From: an uncultured Methanoregulaceae archaeon
GTDB lineage: Archaea > Halobacteriota > Methanomicrobia > Methanomicrobiales > Methanospirillaceae
Direction: 5' to 3'
Assembly (NCBI GenBank): GCA_963841015.1
Contig: CAWJAX010000002.1
Span: forward strand, 320,001 to 384,000
Length of the DNA: 64,000 nucleotides
Shown here: positions 20,740-31,759 of the stretch, one piece after another
How positions within the stretch are numbered: position 1 is the stretch's first letter
Layout: each line of letters starts with the position of its first letter
Notes under the pieces: generated by a model
What the model saw: the letters and a program-made list of their open reading frames with translations, nothing else
What the model was told of the DNA's origin: nothing
Databases searched by the model: none
Program-made: the position numbers and the translations under genes

Positions 20740-21918
20740 ATGCGCGTGTTTTTCATAGGTTTTGGTCAAGCGGGCGGTAAAATTGTCGATATGTTTATCG
20801 AGCAGGATAAAAAACTCGGAACGAACAGTTTCAGGGGTATTGCCGTCAATACCGCGCGAACCGACCTGATGGGTTTAAAAAATGTCGACATGAAAGACCG
20901 GATTCTTATCGGTCAGACCATGCTCAAAGGTCATGGTGTGGGTACCGACAATGTAACCGGGGCTCGTGTAACGGCTGATGAAATTGACAGTATAATCAGT
21001 GCTATTGATGTCAGGGGTACTCATGATGTTGATGCATTTGTCATCGTAGCCGGGCTTGGTGGGGGTACCGGATCCGGTGGCTCACCGGTACTTGCCCGGC
21101 ATCTCAAACGCATCTATCGTGAACCGGTCTATGCACTGGGAATAATTCCTGCGCCCGAAGAGGGGCGACTTTACTCCTATAATGCAGCCCGCAGCCTTAC
21201 AACACTGGTAAATGAGTGCGATAACACGTTTATTTTTGACAACAGCGCCTGGAAAAACGAAGGCGAGAGTGTAAAAAGTGCATTCCAGCGCCTGAATAAT
21301 GAAGTGGTAAGAAGGTTCGGAGTGCTTTTCCGGGCGGGAGAAGTAAGTAAAATGGGCGTTGGTGAAATGGTTGTTGACTCAAGTGAAATTATCAACACGC
21401 TCAGGGGCGGGGGAATCACCTCTGTGGGATATGCAATTAGTGAGGTGATGAGCAAGCATACAAAGAAGCAACGAGGTATTATCAGAAATCTGAAGGACAA
21501 GATCGGGGGGAAGCGGGAAGCAAACGAAGAAGTCCTGCTCGGGGAGGATAAGGCCGCAAAAATCGTTGCTCTTGTACGCCGTGCGATGCTCGGACGTCTC
21601 ACCCTTCCCTGTGATTACTCCACTGCAGAGCGGGCTCTGGTTCTGCTTGCCGGTCCACCGGATGAAATGGATCGCAAAGGTGTTGAGAAAGCGAAGAGCT
21701 GGGTCGAAGAGAACATTGCGGGTGTTGAGGTGCGGGGTGGGGATTACCCGGTAAACAGCGACTATGTTGCAGCAGTTGTGATGCTCGCTACTGTTGGAAA
21801 TGCACCAAGAATCAAAGAGCTTCTCGATATTGCCAAAGAGACCAAGGAAGATGTTATTAAGTCCAAGGAGAAAAAATCAACTATGTTTGAAGAAGGCATA
21901 GATCCATTATTTGAGTGA
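20740..21918 (+). CDS. cetZ: Tubulin/FtsZ-family protein, CetZ type
   Basis: IGFGQAGGKI, GLGGGTGSGG, FDN, VVDSSEIINTL typical of CetZ. Confidence 0.85.
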   Translation: MRVFFIGFGQAGGKIVDMFIEQDKKLGTNSFRGIAVNTARTDLMGLKNVDMKDRILIGQTMLKGHGVGTDNVTGARVTADEIDSIISAIDVRGTHDVDAFVIVAGLGGGTGSGGSPVLARHLKRIYREPVYALGIIPAPEEGRLYSYNAARSLTTLVNECDNTFIFDNSAWKNEGESVKSAFQRLNNEVVRRFGVLFRAGEVSKMGVGEMVVDSSEIINTLRGGGITSVGYAISEVMSKHTKKQRGIIRNLKDKIGGKREANEEVLLGEDKAAKIVALVRRAMLGRLTLPCDYSTAERALVLLAGPPDEMDRKGVEKAKSWVEENIAGVEVRGGDYPVNSDYVAAVVMLATVGNAPRIKELLDIAKETKEDVIKSKEKKSTMFEEGIDPLFE

Positions 21919-21926
21919 GGTTTACC

Positions 21927-23032
21927 ATGAAGGGATTAATGAAATGGACTGTTCTTATACTATTTCTCATTGTGTGTATTCATGCTGTGTCTGCAATTTC
22001 TGTGGAATCCATAACGGTTGATCCTTCAGGGTCACTGACCCCCGGTACTCCCGTAACGGTTCAATTCAAGATTGATACCAGTGGTTTCCCTTCTGGCGGG
22101 GAGATACGCCTTTTCACTGATGTCGATAATCCAAAATGGACATATACGGTCATTGTAAATGGTATTGAAAATTTACGACCTGTGGAGGGTGGTCGGACCC
22201 TTGCCATCAGCGGTTTTGAGCTGAGTTACAAACCCTCTGATGATGTGTCTGTCCGGACTACCCTGGAAGGAGTTGCTCCTTCTGTGACCCAGACTGCCAA
22301 CAAAACGATTGTCAGGATTACGGAATATGATGCAAATGGCAAACCTGTCACGAGTTCACAAGTCGAAAAAACAGCACTGGTTATCAATACCGGGGAAGTT
22401 GCCTCAACAATTGCTTCTGCTGATGCAGAACTTCAGGTTTACCGGACGCATATCGATGAAAAGGCTGCGTTGGGTATCGACACCGCCTTGGCCGAGGAAA
22501 AATATAACGAAGCACAGGCGAAGGTGGACTCCGCCCGCTCCCGCCCATCAAATGAATATGCAGGAGCACTGGGGGATCTCACTGCAGCCACAGCTGCTAT
22601 TTCGGGGGGGAAACTGCTCTTGACAAGTCATGGGCGGAATACGAAGTTGCAGCAGCCCAGGTTCCCATCAACAACGTTGATGCCATTATCGCATGGTTTA
22701 AAGGTAATTCCAGCACGGCCAATGATCAGCAACTCCCTACCATTATTACAAAACGTGAAGTGGCAGTGAGTTACATCTCAAATGCAAATGACCACATTGC
22801 TGAGGGTGAATTTGGACTGGCCCGTCAAAAGGCACAGGATGCTTTTTTGAAAGCGAATGAATCGTATACAGAAGCACTTACACGCCAAAAAGAAGTCTCT
22901 TCGGGATGGATACCCTCGATCCCAAAAATTAACAGCACTATGTTTATTATTTTAGGGGTAGTTGCAGTTATTCTGGTTGTGGTGGGGGTTATTATCTACC
23001 GCAAACGATCCCGATGGGACGAACTTGGGTAA
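21927..23032 (+). CDS. Exported protein with C-terminal TM anchor (..RSRWDELG); frameshifted at G7 run 22604-22610
   Basis: Signal peptide; adding one base joins ORFs 21915-22769 and 22760-23032 (..GETALDKSWAEYEVAAAQ..). Confidence 0.7.
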
Positions 23033-23209
23033 TTCCTTTTTTTATCCCCTGTTTTCTCAATTTTGTTACTTCAATACATGTTCAAGGGTAAATTACCAAT
23101 TCAGCCCCAATTTTTTTATTCTCACCATGACGTTATTAAAAAAAAATATTTCGTAATCAAAACCGAAATGAGAAAAGTGATGATGATTTTCAGACATCAC
23201 TTTTTCGTG

Positions 23210-23295
23210 AGATGGCTCCTGTATACAGGTTTATCGCATCGCGGGGGTCGCCACAGCGGCCGGGGCGGTGGCTTTACTGAAGCCCCCAGGAGCGT
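23210..23295 (+). repeat. Dispersed intergenic repeat family, copy 2 (partial)
   Basis: GGTTTATCGCATCG..GCCACAGCGGC..GAAGCCCCCAGGAGCGT. Confidence 0.65.
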
Positions 23296-23401
23296 GATAC
23301 CTATTGACTGTTGTATTATTTCCTGAAGATTTTATGAAAACTTCAGGAGGTAAAATTACAAGGTACCCCAAAAAAAAGAGAAATTACCAAAAATGATGCG
23401 T

Positions 23402-25039
23402 TCATGAACCCTGTTGGGGAGTAAAAACATCGATATTTATACTTCCCATTCTGCCATCCCGGTGGAGATAATAATCGATCAACCGGTTTTCGTTGTCATA
23501 GTATGAAAACCAGTAACCTAGTTTGTAAGTATTCTTGTCATAACCTTGAATGGAGGGATAACTTGCTGCATCGTGGAGTATGATTACTCCGGGTTTACCC
23601 TGGATAAGGGTTTGTTCATCAGTGGTATCCCCATAAAATTTGATTTTATTCCACTGATCGCCCCGGTAATACCAGGGAAGTGGCCAGTAATTTTGTGATG
23701 CAACGACAACAGTATCGGACGCATCGATAAGACGCATGACATCTCGCAGATCTTCGGAATTCTGTACCTGGACGATCGGTTCATTGATATCTGCAGGAAT
23801 AAATGCCACGTGCCACGTCATGAGAATGAGGAACAGACATCCCACGAGAGCAAAAACTATCTTTTGCCAGTTCAGCTTGTACACGGCGACAAAGCACATC
23901 GGGAGCAACTGGGGGATGATTAACCATGGCACTTTCTCACCCACCACTGCATAAAATGCCATCATCATGATCATCCAGTATATGCAAAATCCGAAAAATG
24001 CATCAGATCCGGATTGACTATGTTTCGGTGTCTTAATCTGCTGCAGAGTCATTGCGGCAAGTTCAGCAGTAGGGAGCACGGAACCGCGATAGGTAAACCA
24101 GTTTTTGAAACGTCTGATGAACAGGGATCTGTTATAGTCTTTAAACACGAACTGCACAGTCCCAATCATTGCAAGGATAAAGATCGGCAATTCGTACAAC
24201 AAATAAAGCGGGAGATAGTAGAACCATGGTCCTCCCAAACGTTGCTGGTTATGCATCGCTGTCCAGTGTTCAACAGCTTTATACCAGCCGGTTGTATTCA
24301 GGGCGAAATTCTGGCCGACAAGCGTTTCGATATGGAAACCGAATGCGGAATACAGAACACTCATAATCGCGATGACGATGAAAGCTCCGAAGATACAATC
24401 ATATTTCCAGTCGTGAGGAAGTTTAAATTTTCCCTGCCAGACTGCATAGATGAAGAATGATACAAAGATGAGAAGGATGACCGGCATCTCCTCTTTGCAA
24501 GTGAGCCCACCTGCCATTGCTATCGCTGCAATGATCGCATATCTGGTTTGTCCGTATTCGAAATAATACAGAATGGCGACAAGGAGGAGGAACGAGAAGA
24601 AGAGCATAAAGATATCATGACGAAGGAAGCGGGAAAAGTATACCATATTGGGAGAAAGCGCAATAAGAAGAACCGCTAAAAGGGTCTGTTTCTTATTGAT
24701 ATATCCAATGCGATAGATACAATATACGAGTGGTATGAGAAGGGCTCCAAAGAGTGAAGGAAGCAACCGGGCGACGAGGTCTGAATCTCCAAAAAGGGAG
24801 AACATCCCGGCAGTTACGTAATAGAGAAACGGTCCATGATAACTTGGATCATATATCCATGTGCCTTTTGTCAGCAGCTCGTAGGAAAACCATGCATGAA
24901 TAGCCTCATCATGATGAAGCAATTTGAGATCCAGATGCCAGAACCGAATAAAAACCGCAAGAATAAAAATGAAAAGAAAAATTCTTTCAAAGGTAAAAAA
25001 ATATTTGATTTTCTGAGATAATTCAGCGGCCTGCTGCAC
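23402..25039 (-). CDS. GT-C fold membrane glycosyltransferase (TIGR03663/Agl23-like)
   Basis: HHDEAIH, YDPSYHGP, SRFLRHD, KE, EKVPW motifs. Confidence 0.82.
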   Translation of the reverse strand: MQQAAELSQKIKYFFTFERIFLFIFILAVFIRFWHLDLKLLHHDEAIHAWFSYELLTKGTWIYDPSYHGPFLYYVTAGMFSLFGDSDLVARLLPSLFGALLIPLVYCIYRIGYINKKQTLLAVLLIALSPNMVYFSRFLRHDIFMLFFSFLLLVAILYYFEYGQTRYAIIAAIAMAGGLTCKEEMPVILLIFVSFFIYAVWQGKFKLPHDWKYDCIFGAFIVIAIMSVLYSAFGFHIETLVGQNFALNTTGWYKAVEHWTAMHNQQRLGGPWFYYLPLYLLYELPIFILAMIGTVQFVFKDYNRSLFIRRFKNWFTYRGSVLPTAELAAMTLQQIKTPKHSQSGSDAFFGFCIYWMIMMMAFYAVVGEKVPWLIIPQLLPMCFVAVYKLNWQKIVFALVGCLFLILMTWHVAFIPADINEPIVQVQNSEDLRDVMRLIDASDTVVVASQNYWPLPWYYRGDQWNKIKFYGDTTDEQTLIQGKPGVIILHDAASYPSIQGYDKNTYKLGYWFSYYDNENRLIDYYLHRDGRMGSINIDVFTPQQGS

Positions 25040-25048
25040 GCCGCACCT

Positions 25049-25357
25049 TTAACTCTCTAATACAATTTCAATACCGATATCTTTTGGCACCTGAATGCGC
25101 ATGAGCTGACGGAGTGCCCGTTCATCGGCATCGATATCGATGAGGCGCTTGTGAATGCGCATCTGCCAGCGGTCCCAGGAGGCAGTTCCCTCACCGTCCG
25201 GGCTCTTGCGAATTGGTACAACCAACCGTTTGGTCGGGAGCGGAATCGGACCGGCCAGATTTACACCTGTGCGTTCTGCAATCTCGCGGATTTTATCACA
25301 GACCATTTCTACTTTATTAAAATCAGTCCCTGTCAGGCGAATTCTGGCTTTTTGCAT
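25049..25357 (-). CDS. rpsJ: 30S ribosomal protein S10
   Basis: [26 protein letters not shown]. Confidence 0.97.
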   Translation of the reverse strand: MQKARIRLTGTDFNKVEMVCDKIREIAERTGVNLAGPIPLPTKRLVVPIRKSPDGEGTASWDRWQMRIHKRLIDIDADERALRQLMRIQVPKDIGIEIVLES

Positions 25358-25378
25358 GTTATTTTCCCCCAAAAAAAA

Positions 25379-26656
25379 TTATCTCATTTGTTTTGCCTGA
25401 ATGGCGATACACATACCAGCCGCAATTGTTGTACCCATATCCCTGACGGCAAACCTGCCAAGTTGCGGGAGCTCCTTGACTGTCTCAATAACCATCGGTT
25501 TTGTTGGTTTGACAACAACAATTGCGGCGTCCCCCGTCTTGAGGAACGTCGGGTTTTCCTCTTTGGTCTGACCTGTTCGTGGATCAAGTTTCTTTTTGAG
25601 CTCCATAAAGGTACATGCTGTCTGGGTTGTGTGACAGTGGAAGACCGGGGTATACCCGACCGTGAGAGCGCTCGGGTGCTGGAGCACGACTATCTGTGCA
25701 GTGAATTCTTCTGCAACGGTGGGTGGTGCTTCCGCGGGTCCGCACACATCGCCCCGGCGGATATCTCCTTTTCCGATACCGCGGACGTTGAAACCGATAT
25801 TGTCACCGGGCACTGCCTGGGGAATTTCTTCATGGTGCATCTCGATGGACTTGATTTCTCCATCCTTGTTGGCGGGCATGAACGATACTTTCATTCCCTT
25901 TTTCATGATTCCTGTTTCCACGCGACCTACAGGAACCGTACCGATCCCGCTGATGCTGTAAACATCCTGGATTGGCAGACGGAGTGGCTTGTCGGTTGGT
26001 TTATCAGGTGACTTGAATGTGTCGAGAGCAGCAATAAGTGGCAGGCCTTTGTACCAGGGTGTTTCCGGGCTGATTACCTTGATATTCTGACCGCCCAATG
26101 CGCTGATGGGTATGAAAAGAGTCTCATCAGGTTTGTATCCCACCATTTTGATGAGGTCTGAAAGATCTTTCTTGACTTCATTGAAACGTTTCTCATCGAA
26201 TTTTACTGCATCCATTTTATTGATTGCAATAATGATCTGGGCGATACCGAGCGTTCTTGCGAGGAAGACGTGTTCCTTTGTCTGCTCCATAACCCCGTCA
26301 GGAGCTGCTACGACGAGAATTGCAGCATCTGCCTGTGATGCACCGGTGATCATGTTTTTGACGAAGTCTCTGTGTCCCGGGCAGTCGACAACCGTGAAAT
26401 AAAATTTCGGGGTATCAAATCGCTTGTGGGCGATATCAATGGTGATACCACGTTCACGCTCTTCTTTTAAGTTGTCCATTACCCAGGCGAATTCAAAGGT
26501 TGCCTTTCCCTTTGACTCAGCCTCCTTCTTGTAACCTTCAATAATGTGTGCAGGTACTGCACCGGTCTCGAACATCATTCTCCCGACGGTTGTAGACTTG
26601 CCGTGGTCAATGTGTCCGATAACAGCCAGATTCATATGGGGCTTTTCAGATGCCAT
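25379..26656 (-). CDS. tuf: Translation elongation factor aEF-1alpha
   Basis: [30 protein letters not shown]. Confidence 0.98.
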   Translation of the reverse strand: MASEKPHMNLAVIGHIDHGKSTTVGRMMFETGAVPAHIIEGYKKEAESKGKATFEFAWVMDNLKEERERGITIDIAHKRFDTPKFYFTVVDCPGHRDFVKNMITGASQADAAILVVAAPDGVMEQTKEHVFLARTLGIAQIIIAINKMDAVKFDEKRFNEVKKDLSDLIKMVGYKPDETLFIPISALGGQNIKVISPETPWYKGLPLIAALDTFKSPDKPTDKPLRLPIQDVYSISGIGTVPVGRVETGIMKKGMKVSFMPANKDGEIKSIEMHHEEIPQAVPGDNIGFNVRGIGKGDIRRGDVCGPAEAPPTVAEEFTAQIVVLQHPSALTVGYTPVFHCHTTQTACTFMELKKKLDPRTGQTKEENPTFLKTGDAAIVVVKPTKPMVIETVKELPQLGRFAVRDMGTTIAAGMCIAIQAKQMR

Positions 26657-26821
26657 TTTGTTCCTCCAAAAGTTGTGGGACTGTCCGCTTACAGTCAGTT
26701 TATGCGAGTATTACATATATGAGACCCATCTATATAAATTATTTCGATTCAAAAAATACGGTTCTCGGATGAAAATAATGCATCGACACTATGATATCTG
26801 ATGCTTGAATACCTTCTCACT

Positions 26822-27118
26822 ATGAAGACATTGTCATTTCAGCGGGACGAAAAAAAGAACCGGGTTACGGTTTCATGCGCCGATGGTGATATTTCTGTGT
26901 ATAGTCATTGTGCCTACTGCTGGCATTGCAAAGGGATTTGGATGGGAAAACGGCTGGTTCCATCTCCACAGATACAGGTACTGGCTGAGCTGAAGAAAGG
27001 AACCGCAAATGATGACTCCCTGATGAATGCTGCAATGATGTTTAATACACTTATCCGCGATGGGTCGTCGTTAGACTGTGATGATGACGAAAACCAGGGA
27101 TTCAAAGGACTCTACTAA
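26822..27118 (+). CDS. Small Cys-containing hypothetical protein
   Basis: Open ORF with CAYCWHC motif. Confidence 0.65.
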   Translation: MKTLSFQRDEKKNRVTVSCADGDISVYSHCAYCWHCKGIWMGKRLVPSPQIQVLAELKKGTANDDSLMNAAMMFNTLIRDGSSLDCDDDENQGFKGLY

Positions 27119-27309
27119 TAAGGACGATGGCCGGATTAAGTGTTTTGTAACTCTTTACCAAGGTACTCTGCCATTTATCCTGATGAAAAGAACGACTCTG
27201 TAGAAACGGGTATGAACTGATCGGATTCGCACTCGACCATGAAAATCGAATACCCAGTTTTTATTTTTATATGAATGGTTAATTTACCTTAGAAGATATT
27301 CATGGGAAT

Positions 27310-27510
27310 TGCTCAATTATCAGCATACACTCAAGGGGGTTTCACCCCAGCCACTGTGGCTCCCCCGATACGATAAACCCCGAACCGGTGCTACGTCATC
27401 ATCCATAAGTGCAGGTGCGGTATGGGCGGACAGGGCACTGTCCCCTTCGTCATCGAACCAGCCTCTTGAATTTCATATCAATGGAAAAGGAATTCTACCG
27501 AGCCAAAAGA
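27310..27510 (-). repeat. Dispersed intergenic repeat family, copy 3 (~200 bp)
   Basis: Reverse complement aligns over ~200 bp with 47293-47488. Confidence 0.8.
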
Positions 27511-27517
27511 AACTGTG

Positions 27518-28405
27518 TTAAAGACCCGGCTCTTTTTTTGTTATTTCCGAGGTCTCCCGTAAAATTTCCTGACGGAATTTTTCAAAATGGAGTTCATCAA
27601 GCTGTTCAGAAAGCAACCTCCCGCTCCACGCGCGGCGATAAACCCAGTTTACAATTTTTTCAATAACATAGAGGACGTGTTCTTCGTTTTCCAGGGTGAG
27701 CAGTTCCCTTCCGATACGGGGGTGTCGTCCCCGTCTTCCTCCCACAAGAATTAGGTAATGGCGATGTTCTGCTTTCAGGAGATCGAAAGGACATGACTGG
27801 ATGCAAACACCGCACTGGACACATTTGGAAGGATCGAGAATTGAAATCCCGTTTTTTATGATAATAGCGTTTTCCTTACAATATTCAACACAGGTACCGC
27901 AACCGGTACAGAGCCCGGCAGTTCTCAACGGCCGGATTCGTCCCATTATTCCAATCTCATTTAACATTGGACTTGTACAGGCGTTCGGGCATCCCGATAT
28001 GGCTATTCGCATTTTAACGGGCATTTCCTTACCGAATAATTTATGATCAATCTTTTTTGCAAGACCTATCGTATCGATATTGGCAAATTTGCAACGTTCA
28101 ATACCGGGACATGCTATGATATTGACAATCTCATCTCTTTCTGAACCAACAGGAGTGCCATTTTTCTCCAGAGCTTTCTCGATTTTTTTAAGTGATTTTG
28201 GATTGACATGGGGAATCTCAATAGTCTGACGTGTAGTACAGTGAACAGTTCCCGATCCGTATTTTTTTGCGATCGTTGCAATCCCTCGCACCTGCTCTAC
28301 AGACAGGATACCAGCAGGTGCTCTTATACGGACAGTGCAAAACTCTGCATCCCTTTCGGTGATAATCCCACCTTTCATATGAACGCCAAAATTCGTACGC
28401 ATCAA
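27518..28405 (-). CDS. Sulfite/nitrite reductase-like protein with ferredoxin insert (Dsr-LP type)
   Basis: TTRQ, CPGIERC (CX5C), GCPNAC (CX3C), two CxxCxxCxxxC motifs. Confidence 0.85.
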   Translation of the reverse strand: MMRTNFGVHMKGGIITERDAEFCTVRIRAPAGILSVEQVRGIATIAKKYGSGTVHCTTRQTIEIPHVNPKSLKKIEKALEKNGTPVGSERDEIVNIIACPGIERCKFANIDTIGLAKKIDHKLFGKEMPVKMRIAISGCPNACTSPMLNEIGIMGRIRPLRTAGLCTGCGTCVEYCKENAIIIKNGISILDPSKCVQCGVCIQSCPFDLLKAEHRHYLILVGGRRGRHPRIGRELLTLENEEHVLYVIEKIVNWVYRRAWSGRLLSEQLDELHFEKFRQEILRETSEITKKEPGL

Positions 28406-28455
28406 ACAGTAATGAGGGGAATCTGGTTATAAAATATGATGTTGTGGCAGGAAAA

Positions 28456-29166
28456 TCAGATGAGAGCAATGGCCAGGATAACACATGCACGGGTAATCTC
28501 GTTTGAGGCACCAACGATATCGCCATTAACTCCTCCAAATAACCTTTTTGAAATGACAAAGAGAACTGCCGGACATACCACCATTGCTATAGCGGCACCG
28601 GCAAGTTTGCTGGGAGACACCGGAAGAAAAACAAGCGGCAGACAGAACAGCGCTGCAATGAACGGGAAGTATGGTTTCGAGAACTGGTGGAGATAACTAT
28701 GTAGCCCCTCCCTGAACGGAGTGCCATAGGTTGTGAGAAGAGCCATAGAAAATTTTGCACAGACCTCGCCGATGATTATCGCAATAATGATGGATGAGGA
28801 TGCCTGCAGTCCTGCGAACAACAGAATTGTTACGGCAATTCCAGCAGCAATACCTCCTGCTCCGACATTACGGTCTGTCAGGGCCCTGATTCTTTTCTCA
28901 CGGTCTCCGTGAGCCATCAGGCCGTCTCCGAGATCAAGTAATCCGTCAAAATGATGGGCCCCGGTAATCAGGAGGATGCATGCTATAGCAACTGCGGCAG
29001 CAATTGTCTGGTCTGCAATGAAAAAAACCGCGAGTGCAGTAAGACCGCCAATGATATAACCGGCACACGGATAGATATACGAATGTCGGGCGAAAGTTTC
29101 CAGATCCTGCGGTTTACCCAGCGGGAGTATGGTAGCGAACTGGAGCAGGGAGATGAGAGCTTTCAT
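28456..29166 (-). CDS. cobS: Adenosylcobinamide-GDP ribazoletransferase
   Basis: TGAHHFDGLLDLGDG, GGVNGDIVGA; ATGA overlap with upstream gene. Confidence 0.93.
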   Translation of the reverse strand: MKALISLLQFATILPLGKPQDLETFARHSYIYPCAGYIIGGLTALAVFFIADQTIAAAVAIACILLITGAHHFDGLLDLGDGLMAHGDREKRIRALTDRNVGAGGIAAGIAVTILLFAGLQASSSIIIAIIIGEVCAKFSMALLTTYGTPFREGLHSYLHQFSKPYFPFIAALFCLPLVFLPVSPSKLAGAAIAMVVCPAVLFVISKRLFGGVNGDIVGASNEITRACVILAIALI

Positions 29167-29597
29167 ACACAATCGCTGTATAGGCGTGAGGTGCATCCAG
29201 CAATCAATCCAGCTATGGCATCATCGAGAAATGGTCCGAGCTTTGATAATATCCCGGGCTTTTTCTGGTCATACCGGGTAAACTCAAACCTGGCATAGGT
29301 CCCCCCGATGCACTCCGCGATCGCCATTCCGATAATCTCATCACTTAACAGAAAAACCGGATCATCTGCAATTTCTGAATTCTTTCGCCTGCAAAAAAGT
29401 TCATCTTCAAGAAGGATTGCCCCCAGGAGTAAAGAGGATACATTGGGATCATCGAAACATTTAACTATTTTTCGCTTGATCTCTGCCGCTGCCTGGTCCT
29501 CCGGCATGCCATGGGAAACATATAATTCCATGGCTGCAGCGACAATATCTTCACATGATATTCCTCTATTGAGTAATCGCTGTTCAATTTCAAACAT
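29163..29597 (-). CDS. cobZ: Alpha-ribazole phosphatase CobZ / PgpA-like protein
   Basis: DPNV, DEIIG, YDQKKPGIL..LGPFLDD; context with cobS and cobT. Confidence 0.8.
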   Translation of the reverse strand: MFEIEQRLLNRGISCEDIVAAAMELYVSHGMPEDQAAAEIKRKIVKCFDDPNVSSLLLGAILLEDELFCRRKNSEIADDPVFLLSDEIIGMAIAECIGGTYARFEFTRYDQKKPGILSKLGPFLDDAIAGLIAGCTSRLYSDCV

Positions 29598-29717
29598 GTG
29601 ATAGGTGTTCTGGTGACTGAACTATTATATCGTTGTGGAATTTTTTTATAACCGATGTTTTGAAAAAAACCGATATCTTCAAACTTATATGAACAGAAAA
29701 TAAATGAGTTGTTTACC

Positions 29718-30728
29718 ATGGGATTTCTGTCCAAAATACCAGATATTATTTTTCGTAACCCCCTTTATTGTGGTATCCTTGGCAACACGCTCCTCTCCAC
29801 CGTTCCTGGCGTTTCCGGTGCCGGGGCCACCCCGGAAAAGACCCTCCTGACCCCGGTCCTTGACGCAGAGCTGGTTACATGGGGTGCTATTTCGAGTCAA
29901 AAGGTTAGACCTGACACTCCGACCGGCTGCCCGACTCCTGCATCAATTACCCGGGCGATGATGAACCTGTGTGGTATGCAACCCTTGTTCATCAATGCCG
30001 GTCTCCGCTATAAACCAACAGTTCCCTGTCTTGATGTATATGGTGATGTTGGTGAAGACCCCCGGTTCCGTGATGCGGTTCCCCGTGCACAGGACCTTGT
30101 AATGAAGGGAGAATTCATTGGCAGATTCCTCTCAAAAAGCAGTGATCTTCTTGTCCTGGGAGAATGTGTTCCCGGAGGAACCACAACAGCCCTGTGTGTA
30201 ATGCGGGCACTGGGATATCAGGCATCGGTGAGCAGCAGTTTTGTGAATAATCCGGTAACGATAAAAGAAGAAATCTGCCGGGGAGCACTTGGTAGGATCA
30301 AGGCAGATGCAATTACCTCTCCTGTCGATATCATCCGATACACCGGTGATCCCATGATGGCGGTGGCTGTTGGCATTGCGAAGTCCTATTCCGGAGAACT
30401 CATTCTTGCCGGGGGTACCCAGATGCTTGCAGTAAGTGCTGTCATAAAAGCCGAGGCAGGATCCCTGCCTTACGTAGTTACAACATCCTATGTGAGAGAC
30501 GATCCTTCAGCGAATGTCCAGCAGATTGCAGAACAGATCGGTGTTAACATCATCTATGTGGATCCGGGTTTTGGAGATATCGGCCATTCCGGCCTTGCCC
30601 GGTACTGTATCGGTGAAGTGAAGGAAGGGATGGGGGCCGGTGGTGCGATGTGTCTGGCAAATCTCCTTGGGCATTCACCTGACGTTATAAGAAAAACAAT
30701 ACTCGCCGCGGTGAATGCCTATTGCTGA
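29718..30728 (+). CDS. cobT: Archaeal nicotinate-nucleotide-dimethylbenzimidazole phosphoribosyltransferase
   Basis: PGVSGAG, DAE, PTPASITRA, GECVPGGTTTA, LAGGTQM, VKEGMGAGG. Confidence 0.88.
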   Translation: MGFLSKIPDIIFRNPLYCGILGNTLLSTVPGVSGAGATPEKTLLTPVLDAELVTWGAISSQKVRPDTPTGCPTPASITRAMMNLCGMQPLFINAGLRYKPTVPCLDVYGDVGEDPRFRDAVPRAQDLVMKGEFIGRFLSKSSDLLVLGECVPGGTTTALCVMRALGYQASVSSSFVNNPVTIKEEICRGALGRIKADAITSPVDIIRYTGDPMMAVAVGIAKSYSGELILAGGTQMLAVSAVIKAEAGSLPYVVTTSYVRDDPSANVQQIAEQIGVNIIYVDPGFGDIGHSGLARYCIGEVKEGMGAGGAMCLANLLGHSPDVIRKTILAAVNAYC

Positions 30729-30765
30729 ACAGGCTTATAGGATTTAAAATACAAACATTCCTGTA

Positions 30766-31320
30766 ATGCGTCCCATCTACGTGGTCAATAATTTCGGTCA
30801 GTTCAATCACCTTATCCACCGGGCATTACGGGATCTGGATATTGATGTATCCATGATCCCAAATTCAATCCCTCCGGAACAGATTCCAGGTGAATGCAGG
30901 GGTATCATTCTTGGAGGGGGACCAACAATAGAACGGGCGGGCAATTCCTTCAGATATCTCGATCTCGGGCTGCCGATACTGGGTATCTGCCTCGGGTTGC
31001 ACATAATCGCAAAAAAATTCGGTGGTGATGTTCACCAGGGACTACGGGGTGGATATGGTCCGGTTGAGGTAGAAATATGCGAGCATGATGATATTCTTTG
31101 CGGATATCCAAACAAGATCAATGTCTGGGCCTCTCATGCCGATGAGGTTTCAAGGATACCAGCGGGATTTACCTGTCTTGCGTATTCCTCTGTCTGTGGT
31201 GCTGAAGCGATTGCCCTTCCCGATAAGCATATCTATGGGCTTCAGTGGCACCCGGAAGTCAGTCACACATTTGAAGGAAAACGCGTTTTCGAAAATTTTG
31301 ACCGGATCACCCGTGAATGA
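30766..31320 (+). CDS. guaAA: GMP synthase, glutamine amidotransferase subunit A
   Basis: GQFNHLI, LGICLG, SHADEV, QWHPEV. Confidence 0.93.
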   Translation: MRPIYVVNNFGQFNHLIHRALRDLDIDVSMIPNSIPPEQIPGECRGIILGGGPTIERAGNSFRYLDLGLPILGICLGLHIIAKKFGGDVHQGLRGGYGPVEVEICEHDDILCGYPNKINVWASHADEVSRIPAGFTCLAYSSVCGAEAIALPDKHIYGLQWHPEVSHTFEGKRVFENFDRITRE

Positions 31321-31759
31321 CCGGGCTAGGTTCGAACAAAATTACATGAAAGAGCCCGGACTACGGACAAATTCCCGCATCACACTTTTTTGTGAGATAA
31401 TAGTGATAACCCAATGACATCGTTTTGACCCTCCCGCTCAGAAATGACGTGAAACCCGCTTTTTTGGTAGATTTTAATAGCGCATTTCCTTAAAACACCT
31501 GATTAGGATGATATTTTCCACAAGCGTCGACTCACTTTCCCTGGAACAAAAAACGAGATCCACCATTTGTCCAACGGAGACCACATTGCATCCCGTATTG
31601 ATATCCCTTACAACACCCCCAAAAAAAGCCCTGATTCAACAGTGTCTGACAATTTCCACACCTCCTAAAATATTGATACTCATGGAATGTCAGATCGCAG
31701 AAGGGCTGAAAAATATGACTATGTTTAATTTTAAATATGAGGAAGCAAGATGGATGATT

